Source: Piromyces finnis finn
Lineage: Eukaryota > Fungi > Neocallimastigomycota
Length of the DNA: 64,000 bases
Assembly (NCBI GenBank): GCA_002104945.1
Contig: MCFH01000001.1
Span: 930,001-994,000, forward strand
Reading direction: 5' to 3'
Shown here: positions 24,445 through 42,588 of the stretch, in pieces
Numbering within the stretch: the stretch's first letter is position 1
Layout of the letters: every line of letters starts with the position of its first letter
Made by a program: the position numbers and the translations under genes
Notes under the pieces: generated by a model
The model's database searches: none
What the model saw: only the letters and a program-made list of their open reading frames with translations
Told to the model about the DNA's origin: nothing

Positions 24445-24507
24445 GTAATAATAATAATAGTAATAATAATAATGTAAATAACGATAACAATTTAAATAAT
24501 AACAAAG

Positions 24508-24538
<31 letters not shown>

Positions 24539-24552
24539 TAATAATAATAATG

Positions 24553-24646
<94 letters not shown>

Positions 24647-27600
24647 TAACAACAACAACAATAATAATGATGCTAATAACTCAAATAATAGCAATAATTA
24701 TAATAATCAAATGTTCTCTAATTTTAATAGTTCATTAAATCAGCCTCAATCTCAGAACCAACAATCAAATACAATACCTTCATCAAATATTAATACATCT
24801 ATTCCAAATAATATGAATCAGCCTCAACATTCTAATATGAATAATAATCAAAATTTTAGTAACAATATATCAAGAAGTGAATTGGATTTATTAGCTGAAT
24901 CGTCAGTTGATAAGCGGTAATTAATATAAATAATTATTATATTATATATATGTATATTTAATTTCTTTTAGATGTTTAGCTGATATATAATTATTTTAAT
25001 AATTGAAATAATTCAAGTGAAATGAATCGAAAAAGAACAGTTTCTGGAGATATTTTAAATGATATACCAATGTCAGAAAGATCTGATGAAGATATGTCAA
25101 ATAAACAAGAAATTAGACATATTAATAAGAGAAAACGTCAATTAGGCAATAATTCTAACATTTCGAATTCCAACAATAATCCTGAGACTAAAGAGCATAT
25201 AAGGTCATCAATAAAAATGAAACAACAAAAAGAATTAGGTAACAAATTAAATCAATCATCATTAGATTCATCTCCTTCTAGTAGGGTAAACTCTCCACCA
25301 GAACCAAGATTAGGAAGAAAACGTAGTGTTAATTCACCAAAATATAGAAATCCAAAGAATCTTACTATCTCAACAACAAATATGGATATTCGAAACAATT
25401 CTCCTCGCCCAATATCAGCTCCAATTAACCCAGCGCCAAATAAACTTGGACCATACCATCAAGTATCATCAGTTGATCATGGAACTACTGTACTTCAAGG
25501 TATAGATATAAAATATGTTTAATATTATAAAATTATTAATGAGATAATAATAATGTATATTTAATATATATGTATTTATTTTAATGAATACAAATAATGT
25601 TAATAAATTAATTAATTAATTGATGAATTAAAAAAAAAAAAAAAACAATAATTAAGATTATCAATATCGTAAAATGATGTCAGTACAAAATCAACAACCA
25701 TTATCGTCATCCGTTTTTAATGATTATAGTATGTCTAATATGTCTTCAGCTCAATCATCACAATTACAAAATATGTCTTCTCAACAACAAATTAATAATA
25801 ATAACAACAATAACAATAACACTAATAATAATAATAATAATAACAGTAATAACTTTTCTAATAACAATCAATTCCCAGCTCTTCCAAACAAAATGTCATT
25901 TGTTTCTATGTTTGAAAATTTATATGATCAAATTGAATCAGTTAATCGTTTACGTAGTACACTTGAAGAACAGATCCGTAAATCAACAGCTTTGCTTCAA
26001 ACTTTACAAGCTTCTGGTCAAATGATTGAAGGTTTAGTAAGAAGTCATTTCCGTGAAATGCAAGCTCAATATGGTGAAAAGTTTGGTGCCGCATTAACTG
26101 ATTTAAATAGAAGATTAATTGATGTTGAAGAGAGTCAACGCCATTTAACTAACAATCCACAGGAAATTTCAAGAATGAAAGATTTTAAAGGTTTTGGACC
26201 AATGTCAGCTCAACCTGGAAATGCTCCACAAACTATTTTAAACTCACCAATTGAACCACCACATCCATCAAATCAAAATATGTTATCATCTAATCAACAA
26301 AATAATTCACAGGTAGGTTAATTCTATTTTTTTTTTTTTTTTTAAAGCTAATTAATTTAATAAAAAAATTTAAATTTTTTATTTTTTGTACTGTAATAAT
26401 ATTTTTAGATGGATAATAAACAACCCATGCTTATGCCAAGAATGAATGATATGAATATTAAAAAAGAGAATGATGTATCTAATAATAATAGAAGGAAAGA
26501 TGAACCAAAACGTTCAAGAGGGGGAAAAAGTGGTCGTTCAGGAAGAAGTAGAGGTACCACATCAAATGCTAATACAATGAATGTAAATTCAAATATGAAC
26601 AATAATTCAAATCAATCTCAAAATAACAATATAAATAACATGAATAATATGAATGGAATGAATAATATGAATAATATGAACAATATGAATAACAATAATA
26701 TAAATATTAGTAACATGAATAATATGAATAATATGAATAACATGAACAACATGAATAACATGAATAACATGAATAACATGAATAACATGAATAACATGAA
26801 TAACATGAATAACATGAATAACATGAATAACATGAATAACATGAACAACATGAATAATATCAATAATAATATGAATGGTAATATGAATAGTATGAATGGA
26901 AATATGAACAATAATATGAATGGCAATATGAATAGTATGAATGGAACTATGAATAATACTATGAATGGTAATATGAATAGTATAAACGGAACAATGAATA
27001 ATAATATGAATAATAACATGAATAACATAAATAACATGAATAATATGAATAACATGAATAACATGAATAGTATGAATAATATGAATGCAATGAACAATAT
27101 GAATAATATTAATGGCATGAATAATATGAATAATGGAAATATGAATAATATGAATAACGGGAATATGAGTAATATGAATAACGGGAATATGAATAGTATG
27201 AATAATGGTAATATGAATAATATGAATAATGGTAATATGAATAATATGAATAACAGATCTATAAATATGAAAAATATGAATGGAAACATGAATAACGGAA
27301 ACATAAATAATAATAACAACAACAATAACAAAAATAACAATAATTTTAATAATAATTATAATATGCAACAACAAAACTCTTCTTTCAATCAAAAAGCCCA
27401 GAATTCTGATGATTTAAGAAAAATAAATAATATGCATGTAGGAATACCCAATAATGATAATAATAATAACAATAATAATAATGCCAAATCTATGAATAGA
27501 AATAAGCAAAGAAATCTGGAAGATGATAGAGATGATGACAATGAAAGGATGCTCTTAGAGAACAATGATAGAAATGAAGAAGTAGATGAGCAGAATCCAT

Positions 27601-27647
27601 TAGATGAAAGAGAAATTTTCCAGAATATTAAGAAATTACAACATTAA
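23463..27647 (+). CDS. Large Asn-rich protein of unknown function (4 exons; globular N-terminus, poly-N, central coiled coil, NNM repeats); possibly a transcriptional regulator
   Basis: In-frame GT-AG joins near 24917/25018, 25499/25658, 26313/26409; coiled segment FENLYDQIESVNRLRSTLEEQIRKSTALLQTLQ; RGG-like basic stretch RSRGGKSGRSGRSRG. Confidence 0.75.
24160..24700 (+). repeat. (AAT/AAC)n coding microsatellite with a ~45-bp higher-order unit repeated 3 times
   Basis: aatgtaaataacgataacaatttaaataataacaaagataataat starts at 24252, 24354 and 24471 within poly-AAT. Confidence 0.95.
26640..27260 (+). repeat. 9-bp coding minisatellite (ATGAATAAC)n encoding (MNN)n
   Basis: Ten perfect copies at 26751-26840, with degenerate MNN/MNG/MNS copies on both sides. 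Confidence 0.95.
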
Positions 27648-28164
27648 AGAATTAAAAATTAATTTTATATTTATAAAAATATTATATTGATTATATTGTT
27701 GTTATAACCCCTTTATTTTTATTTTTTTTTTTTTCTTTATAAAATATAATTTAATATGATTTGCAAAGTATTTAAAAACATAATTATTATATATATATAT
27801 ATAAAAGAGAATAAAATAAATAATTTATTTATACATCATCCTTATAGTCTTTATAATTACAAATTTTAATATTTAAAAATATATTAAAAAAAGTATTTTT
27901 ATAAATATTACATTATTAAAATATATATTATATTCTACTTTTAATCCATTTCTTTTTATATTAATTGTTTTAAATGAAATAAATTTGTTTTATTTACTCT
28001 TTCTTTATTTTAAAAACGTAGTATTCTTTGACTAGAGAGTAGATAAAAGTCATTTATAATAATTATTGTATTATTAATTTTTTTTTTTCTTTTTTCTTTC
28101 TTTCTTTCTTTCTTTATTCTTTGAATGATTACAATAAAGTATATATTTGATTTTTCTATATAAT

Positions 28165-28195
<31 letters not shown>

Positions 28196-28530
28196 CAATT
28201 TTAACAATAAAGTGTAAAATTATTATATAAAATCAATGAAAATCAATAAAAAGAAAATAAACAGTATCAGAATGTAGATTTCATATTTATTTATTTTTAA
28301 TGTTATTATTTTATTATTATTATTATTATTTTTTTTTTTAAATCATAATAATTAAGTATTTGATATTATTAACACTAAACTTTATACAATTACGAATAAC
28401 CTTTTCATTTATAATATTTTAAAATATATTCAAATGTTTGTTAAATTTTAATATTTTTTTTTTTTTTTTTTTTAAAACATATTTGTGATATCCTTAAATG
28501 AATAATTAATTATTATTATTATTATTATTA

Positions 28531-31021
28531 TTATTTTTTAACTTTTGAATTCCATATTCTTATAGTACAATCAGCAGAACATGTTGCTAAAATAGGATTA
28601 ACAGGATGGAAGCTAGTATCATATACAATACCAGTATGACCTTCTAATCTTTGAGTTGGTGATGCAAAACCCTAATAGAATTAATTAAATAAAATAAATA
28701 GAATATTAATATATAAATATTAGACATAATATGCAAGAGTGTAATCTACAATTTTTTTTTTTATTTTTTTATTTTTTAATTCTAGTTTTCTCATTATATT
28801 TATTAAAATGCGTACTTCTTGATTTAGTTTTAATGAATAGATATAAGCATAAGAATCCGAGCTTCCTGTTGCCAATAACATTGTCATATTTAATTTATCA
28901 TCTTTGAAGCTGTAAAAAAATTATATATATATATATATATACATTATGATTTAGTTTTTCTTTTATACTATCTATTTATATCTATAGATAATAAAAATTA
29001 ACTAGATAAGTATTTACTTGGTATTATCTGTTCTACTTGCTCTATTGGATAAAATGTTTTCATCTGATGGTGATGACATTCCTAATATATCAGATTTTTC
29101 TATGGTATAGTAGTTAAATGAACTTTTGATTGGCCAGTTTCTATTTTTATAACCTTTCAATGATAATACATTTTTGCATTGTTTACTTGGTGGAGAGAAA
29201 CCTCTATCATAAACACGAATTACTATTTAATTTTATATTGAATTATTATTATTATTATTATTATTATTTTTTTTTTATTAAAATATGAATAAAATCATTT
29301 GTATTGTTAGATATTATTTCAAAATATAGGATTTTTAAAAAAACTAATAGTAACATTGCTACTTACTATTATCATAACTGTTTACTGATAGATATCTAGG
29401 TTCCTCATCGTCTAAATATTAAAAAAAAAAAAAGTCATATATATATTAAATAAAATATTTTTACATAATTGTTAAAATATATTTATTCCTATTAATTTAC
29501 CATAAAATCTTTTGGAAACTGTAATATGAGATACAGGTTGACCTTTTGGCTCATTTAATAATGAATTTACACATTTACCTTTTATAATTATTAAATAAAA
29601 AACATTTTCATAGAAATATATAATCAATAAAAAGTATTATTATTATTATATTTATATATATATATATACCTGTTCGAATATCCCATATTTTAATATAACC
29701 TAATGAATCACCTGTTAGTACATAGGATCCATCATTATATACGTAACTAGTTGATTTATATATATAAATTATTAAAATTTTATTAAACTAATTTATATAA
29801 ATGCTTTAAAAGTGTTAATATATTGTATATTTACATGCTGTTAATCATTGAATTATTTTCGATAATAAATGATTCTGTTGGCTTTCTTATATCTTTCAAA
29901 ACAACCATTTTCTTTGTTGTTCCACATAAAAATACATTATTATCTTTTTTTTTTTTTTTTAAAAAAAATAATAAATATTTTAATGATTTAATGAGAATAT
30001 AAATATTATTTATTGAATTATATATTAATATACCTTTTGGATTGTATTTCACACATTGTACGAAACCATGATAATCAAAAGAATTTATCATCTTTCCAGT
30101 TTCAATATCCCAAAGTTTACAAGTTTGGTCATAACTACCTGATAATAATTTTGATGAATCATTTGACCAACAAACATCTGTAACATTCATTGTATGTTTT
30201 ATCATTTGTTTTAACTGTTTTATAAATATTTATTAATATTAGTGTTAAATAATATTTTATTATTGGATGATAATATTATAGAAAAATACTTTTTTTCCAG
30301 TGTATGGATCCCATATAATTATTGACTTATCAAATGAACCTGAAGCTAATAAACTTCCAGAAGGAGAAAAGTCTACTGCATATACAGCTCCATTGTGTCC
30401 CTTTTTGTATAATAATTTAATATATTTAAAGAGTTTTAATTTGTAGTGAATTTAAAGAAATCTGAAAAATAGTGCTTATTTTATTACCTTCAATTTGTGT
30501 TTTATTGAAAAATGAAGATTATTTTTGACATTTTCTTGTTCAACTATTTATTTATTTTTTATACATAAATAATTTATTACTAATCAATTTAATACTATAT
30601 TTTACTATTAAAAATATACCAAGGATATCTTTACGTTCTGTTTGAGCGGTTTCAGTTATTTCTTCATTTTCTGTTTTGTCATTTTCAAAATTAAAAACAA
30701 ATGGATGTTTTTTATTATTATTATTTACTGTATATGTTGCTGATAAATTATATAATGAATTTTTTAAAGCAATGTTTTCTTTTTCTAAGGTTTCAACTTT
30801 TTGTTTTAAAATTTTTGATTCTTTTAATAGCCTTGATAAAATTGAATATTATTGATTTAAAATATAATTTAAATAGTGTGTAAATTAAAATAAAGTTAAT
30901 AGATATATAAAATATATAAACATTATTATGATGATATATATAATATTGATATTTACTTATCATATTGTTCATGAACAAATGAATTAGATCCCTTAACTTG
31001 TGATGGTTTGTTGGAATCCAT
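28531..31021 (-). CDS. WD40-repeat protein (multi-exon)
   Basis: [31 protein letters not shown]; [30 protein letters not shown]; [36 protein letters not shown]. Confidence 0.85.
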
Positions 31022-31290
31022 ATTTTTTATAAATATTTTTTATTGTAAAAATAAAATGTTATATTATCATCAAATGTACTCTTATTTATTTTTAATTTAA
31101 AAGAAAGTATAGATTCTATTATTATCATTAAGGATGCAATATATAATAAATAATATTTTTATTAGTAAGATGAATTTGATAAAAAATGTATTTTTAGATA
31201 GGTTTAATTGTGAATATATTATTTTATCCTCGTTATTACTATTAATTTACTATTAATGCATTTATAAAGTATTTATTATCTTAATATTTT

Positions 31291-31325
<35 letters not shown>

Positions 31326-31976
31326 CTCTGATTGAAAACATATAATTTAAATTTCATTATGCATGTCTATATATATATATATATATTTTCTTTTCATTTT
31401 CAACTTTATTATCCTTACTATTATTATCTTACTTTACCTTTTAATAATATATATATTATAATTAAATAAATATATGATAAAAAAAGCATAAAACAAAAGA
31501 TTCAGTAATTATAATAGGAAAATATTCTATTAAATGTATTACTAATCTTTTAATGATTTTTTTTTTTTTTTTTTTTAAATATCAATTTGATATTAATTAA
31601 TTAATAATAATTAAAACATTTTTATTTTATATTATTTATTTTATAAAAAATATTCTTTGTTTTATTTTTAAAATGTCTGTAATGGTTTGTTATATATAAT
31701 AATAATTATTATTATATATTAAAAAAGATAATGGTATTCTTCTGAAAAAAAAAATTAAACTTTATAGAAAAAAAAAATATCAATCTATAAACTAATAAAA
31801 ATTTTTATTTAATTTAAAAATTCAATATATTGTAATATATACAATCTATCAAGGTCTAATTTAAATATTATTATAATATATGATTATTATCTATAAAAAT
31901 TTTTCTGGTAATAAATAGAAATGTGATTTTAATAATATAATAAATAGCTTTTCACAACAACAAAAAAAAAGTAAAA

Positions 31977-33669
<1,693 letters not shown>

Positions 33670-34628
33670 TTATTTGTTGCTAATTTTCCAATTTATATAA
33701 TGTTTAAATTGTTGGTGATTCATTTTAAATAATTCAATTTTAACAATTAGAAAATACATTAATAATTAACCAAAATAATACATAAATAAATATTGTTTCT
33801 TTTTCTTTTTTAATTACAAATGTTTTAACTAAATAATTTTTTATTTATTTTTAAAATATTCTATTTAAATACCATAAATTTACTTTCACACTTACTTTTT
33901 ATTTTTATTTTTTTTTTTTATAAAAAAATAATAGCATTAAAGATTTTCATTTTTTTAAACTAAAAATCAGTGTTGACCAATCATTAAATTATATAATATA
34001 TTAAATAATTTAAATCAATTATATTATTAATATATAATTTTAATAATTAATAAAAATAATTATTTAAAAAAAATAATAAAGATTGAGGAAAGAATAAAAT
34101 AAATTAAAATAAACTTTCCTTAAATAAAATTTAATAATAATCTAATAATTATTGATATATAAAGCCACAATAGTATAAATATGAATTAATTTCCTATTTT
34201 AAATTTTATAAATTAGTAGAAAGATAATAAATTATTTTAATAAATAAATGAATGAATAGTCTATGTAATAAATTATTTTATCTATAAAGTTTTATATATA
34301 GAACAAAGTTATATAATGTAAATACTATTTTTTAACATAAAACTTTAGAACAAATTACAACAATAACAACAACAATAATAAAATATTATTTAAATATTAA
34401 CAGTTTTAAAATATACATACATATCCTTTATTGTATAATAAATATATATATATTTATTTATTTACATTTACTCAATAAATAATTCTAATTTATTTACTAA
34501 TAATTCCACCATATATTAATTAAAATTTGATTTTTTGGATTTTCATATCTTATATTTACAAAGATAAATAAATAAAAAAGTTTTGATTTTAATAACATAA
34601 TTATGTTTTAAATATTTACTTTTATAAA

Positions 34629-37600
34629 ATGGAACAAAACGAAAAACCTTTTAAAGTACATAAAAGAATTTCAAGAGAATTTACAAAAAATGTTGTAAAG
34701 ACATGTCCTAGATGTTATTATGTTCCTTTGAATGAAGATAATTTGGAAAAGAATTTAACAGTAGATTCAGAAAGAATTAAGAATGACAATAAAGAAAAAC
34801 AAAAAGTAGAGAAATTCAGTGAAACTAATTCAAAAAAAGAATATAAGAATTTCAAAACAGATATAAAATCTAATGATGCTAAATTTGAAAATAAAGAAAA
34901 AATTTCTAATGTAGATAGTAAGAATTTAAAAGATGAAATAAAAGAGCATAAATCTAAAGAAGAGAAAAATAGAAAAAAAGAATTATCAAATATCAATTCA
35001 CCTTCTTTATCATCTTCTAGCCTAGAAGAAACTAAAGAAAGTATGAAATATAATAAAGAATATAAAGTAAATAAATTTGAAATGCATAAAAACAAACTAA
35101 ATCATGCATCAGATGAAACTTTAAATTTTACCTCAAATGTACAAAATATTAATAGTAAAATGAGTAAATCATCATTGAATGGGCATAGAGAAAAACGTTT
35201 ATCTAATTTTGAAAGTATGGATGAATCAAATAGTGATTGGAGTAATTATAATTCATCAAGTAACACCACATTAAAGTCAAATATTAATGACGAAGATAGC
35301 ATTAAAAGAAAACGTGCTTTGTCCAAAAGTTTAGAGTCATTATTTGATGATGAAATTAAAAGCTCAGAGTCAAAAGAAAATAAGGAAAAAGAAATGAAAA
35401 AGAATATGAAAGAAAAGAAATCGGAAAAACTTTTGAAAGAATCCTTAAAGTATAATAGTGATGAAAATGATGATAGTGACTTTAATAAACATAAATCATT
35501 GACACATTCAAAAAACAAAATATTAAAAGCAAAGAAGAAATATATAAGTGAAGAAGATAGTGATAAAGATGAATCAGATGATAACTGGAATAAATCAAAT
35601 CAAAATTTGAAAAAAGAATTTGATAAAGATGAAAACATTTTTAAAATGAAAAAATTGAAAAGAGAAAAGATTGAGAAGAATGAAACTGAAAAAATGGATG
35701 AAAATATTAAACTTATAAAAGAAGAATTAAAGAATATGAATGATGAAGAAAGAGAAAGAAAACTTCAACAATTAAATAAAAAATTACATAAAGAATTTTT
35801 CGAAAAAGAAAGTGATAAAGATCAAGATTCATCATTTGAGTCAAAAGATAAAATAAAACGCTCTAAACTATCTACATTATCTTCGCTACCGTTTGATGCA
35901 TCCTTTATGAAAATGGCAAAGCAAATTTTTAAAAAAAAGAAAAGAGGTGAAGAATTAACTGAAGATGAAATGGGTAAGTAAAAAAAAAAAAAAGCTTTCT
36001 GTTTTATTGATATTGTTATTCAACGCTTAATATGGGTAATAACTAATTATAACTAATGATTTTTTTATTTAATTATTAGCTGTATATAATAAAATACAAA
36101 AGAAAAGGAAAATAGAGAAAACGGAAGATGATAATGAAAACAGAAAATTACAAAAAACTAAAGTTAAAAAAGATAATAGATATATTTCAAGTTATGCATC
36201 AAAGCCATGTATATCAGCAGAAAGAGTTATTACTGAGTTTTCATTATATGAAGAATGTAAATATAATATAAAATGTGTACTTTTATAATGATAAAAATAT
36301 GGAAAAATATTTAAAAGAGATAATATATATTATATTATTATATTAACTTTAATTATATGCAACCATAAAAATAGTTGGAAATCCTAATAATAAAAGAATA
36401 AAGCCAGGAAAATACGAAACTATAAAACTTTTATACCCAAATGGAAAATATGAAACGTAATATTATTATAGTTTATTCATATTCTTAAAAATATATATAT
36501 AAAAGATAAAGGTGTTTTAGTCTTAAAACTTTTTTTCTTCGTATTTTTTAGATATCCACTTATTATTCCAAAAAAGTCAAATGAAACGAATCCAATATTT
36601 GATTTATATACAACAACTCAAATGGTTATTCGTTACTGTGTTCCACAAAAATATCAAAAATTATTTGGTGATACAAAAAATGGAATTATTCGTTCAATAA
36701 TAAAAGCACATAATAGAAAAAATAAAGAAGGTCTTAAACGAGCAATATTAGAATATAATAAAACGTTAGAATTTATAATAAATGAAAAGGCATTTATTAA
36801 TTCAGAAGAATATGGTGATGTATCTGCTCCTGAATTAGTATCACATATATTGGAACAAGCTTATATAAGAACTGTTTCACAAAAATCAGAAATGTTAAAT
36901 CTTTATAGAGGTAATATATATATATTTGTTTATGATTGTTATTGTTGTTATTATGTTATTAATTAGTAGATATTATTGAATAATAAATATTGATATTATA
37001 AAAAATATATATTCAATATAGGATTTTCAAACAATGTATATGGTGAAGTTAATAGTAACCTTGTTACCGAATTTATTAAAAACTCTGAATTAAAGCCACA
37101 TCATATATTTATTGATATGGGCAGTGGTAATTTTTTTTTTTCTTAATTATTAATTTCTAGTTTTAATTATTATTATTTTTAATTAATAATAAATTATAAA
37201 ATATTTTTAGGAATTGGAAATGTTGTTTTACAAGTAGCATCTCAGGTTTTGTGTGAATCTTGGGGAGTAGAAATTATGGAAATCCCAAGTACTTTTGCTA
37301 AAGCTCAATGTATTGAATTTATTTCTAGAATGAGATATTATGGTAAACCATGTGGAAAAATAAAACTCAGACATGCAGATTTTTTGGAAGATCCAGAGGT
37401 TGATAGAATTTTAAAAGTAGCTGATGTTGTATTTGTTAATAATTACGCTTTTGACGCAGCTTTAAATCAACGGATTCTTCAAAAATTCTTAGATTTAAAG
37501 GAAAATACAAGAATCATTAGTTTAAAAAATTTTGTACCTTTAGATCATAAAATTAATTATAGAAATGCTAATAGGTAAGATTTAATAATATACTTTATCA

Positions 37601-37903
37601 ATAATATTTTAAACAATAATTTATTATTAATTTTTAAATTTATATGTAGTCTTGAATCTATTCTAAGAGTAAAAGAGTACTTATTTGGTCACGATAGTGT
37701 TTCCTGGACAAATGAAGAAGGAAAATATTATATACATAGAGTAAGTTTTTTTTTTTTTTTTTTTCCCTATTTTCAATTATACATAATTTAAATTGTATAA
37801 ATAAATAAGATATTAATTTTTAAATTATATTATCCATATTTAGGTTGATCGTTCAATATTACAATCATTTGAAAAAAATATGAAATCTAACCGAGTTCAT
37901 TAA
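34629..37903 (+). CDS. DOT1: Histone H3K79 methyltransferase Dot1 (long charged N-terminus, multi-exon)
   Basis: VYGEVNSNLV, FIDMGSGIGNVVLQVA, WGVEIM, VVFVNNYAFD, LKENTRIISLKNF, VSWTNEEGKYYIH. Confidence 0.93.
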
Positions 37904-38012
37904 ACTTTAAATTATTATTTTATTGCCTTAAAGTTTTTGTTACTTTTATCTTGATACCAAAATTTTATTTCATTTTATACTTATCATAAATTGTATATTA
38001 CGTTTTTTTTCG

Positions 38013-38043
<31 letters not shown>

Positions 38044-38224
38044 GAAAATCAGTTTAAATAAAATATATATTTATATATATATATTGTTCTACTTATATAT
38101 TATATATTTCATATATTTTAAAAATAGAACATTCATACATTATATTAAAGATAAAAAGTATTATTAATACAAAAAATGAAAAATAGAATAAAATGTTTAA
38201 AAAAATTTTTAAAAAATTTTAAAT

Positions 38225-38226
38225 AT

Positions 38227-38306
<80 letters not shown>

Positions 38307-38307
38307 T
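38225..38307 (+). repeat. (TTTA)n microsatellite
   Basis: Direct reading of tandem ttta units. Confidence 0.9.
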
Positions 38308-38479
38308 TCTAAAATTCATATATTTTAAAAAAATTAAATTTCAAATTAAGAATTAAATTGAAATATAATTGATATTTATATAACATCTATTTAAATAATT
38401 TAGTTGTATTTAAGGATATATACGTATATATATTAAGAAAACCTTGAAAATATTACTATTTTAAAACATTTTTTCTAGA

Positions 38480-41431
<2,952 letters not shown>

Positions 41432-42588
41432 TAACATATATAAAGCTTGTGTTTATTTATATAGTTGATAATATTATTAATTATATATTCATTTTTCCTT
41501 CTATTATAATAAATTAATAATAATAAATGATATAAAAAATTATAAATATTTAATATTAATAAGAAATTCCAAAAAATTAAGTTATTTGTTATTATTTACA
41601 ATTAAGGAATGTAAATATACCTTAAAGTTTATATTTTTATATTTGAAATTTGAAATTTTTAGCTTTATGGTAAAATTATGCAAAACTAAATGTAAATTCT
41701 TTTTTTTTTTTTTAGATATTGTATTATTACAGCATAATTTTATGATAGAAAATTATATAATTTAAATTTTAATCTCTTTATTGCTATTATTTTACTAGCT
41801 TTTAATTTGTGTAATTTAAAAAGTTTTTTCATATAATACTATTTAATAATAATTAATTTAAAAACTATAGTTACAATAAAATGTTTAATTCCCTTTTTTT
41901 TTTTTTTTTTTAATTTTAATATTTCAAATATTTCATTTAATAACAATAATATAAAATACAAAGTAATCATATATTATTCATAGTAAAAAAAAAAAAAAAT
42001 AATGAAAATAATTATAGTCATTACTCATTAAATAAATAATATCATAATATAATAAGCAGGTTTCAAATAAATTTCATTAATATTTAATGATAAAGTCACT
42101 ATTTGAATTATTAAAAAATTTTTGTATTATAAGAATTTTAAGTGAATCAAAAGATTTAAAATGTTATTCACTAACAAATTTATTTTAATATTATTCTACA
42201 AATTTATTCAATTTTATTTAATAAGATAATTATTAAAAAGTTTATACTATAATTATAATTTTTATTATTTCCGAAATCTATTTAAATACAAAATAAAAAT
42301 AAATTGTAAACTTTAATATTATTATCAGAATTTTAATAAAAAAATAATAATTAAAAGGTAATTTTTAATAAAATATCATTGAAAATTATATGCTTATTCA
42401 TTTACAGTAAATAATATGGTTATTAATTATTTTTTTATTTTTTGATGAATCATATCACAACTGAAAAATAATAATAATTTTCATTTTAAAAATAATATTG
42501 TCTATATGTAAAAAAAAAAAAAATAAAAATAAAAATCCATATATATACATATTAATATAACAATTAAAAAGTAAATTAGATATTCTCA

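Noticed and set aside
24083-24738. Poly-Leu and poly-Ile ORFs (24083-24694 minus, 24550-24738 plus)
   Set aside because: Alternative-frame shadows of the (AAT)n coding repeat.
26607-27392. Long minus-strand (IHV)n and (MLF)n ORFs
   Set aside because: Antisense shadows of the 9-bp MNN minisatellite.
30619-30630. Possible U12-type 5' splice site (atatcctt on the minus strand)
   Set aside because: Lies inside an exon (encodes DIL) that ends at an ordinary GT donor.
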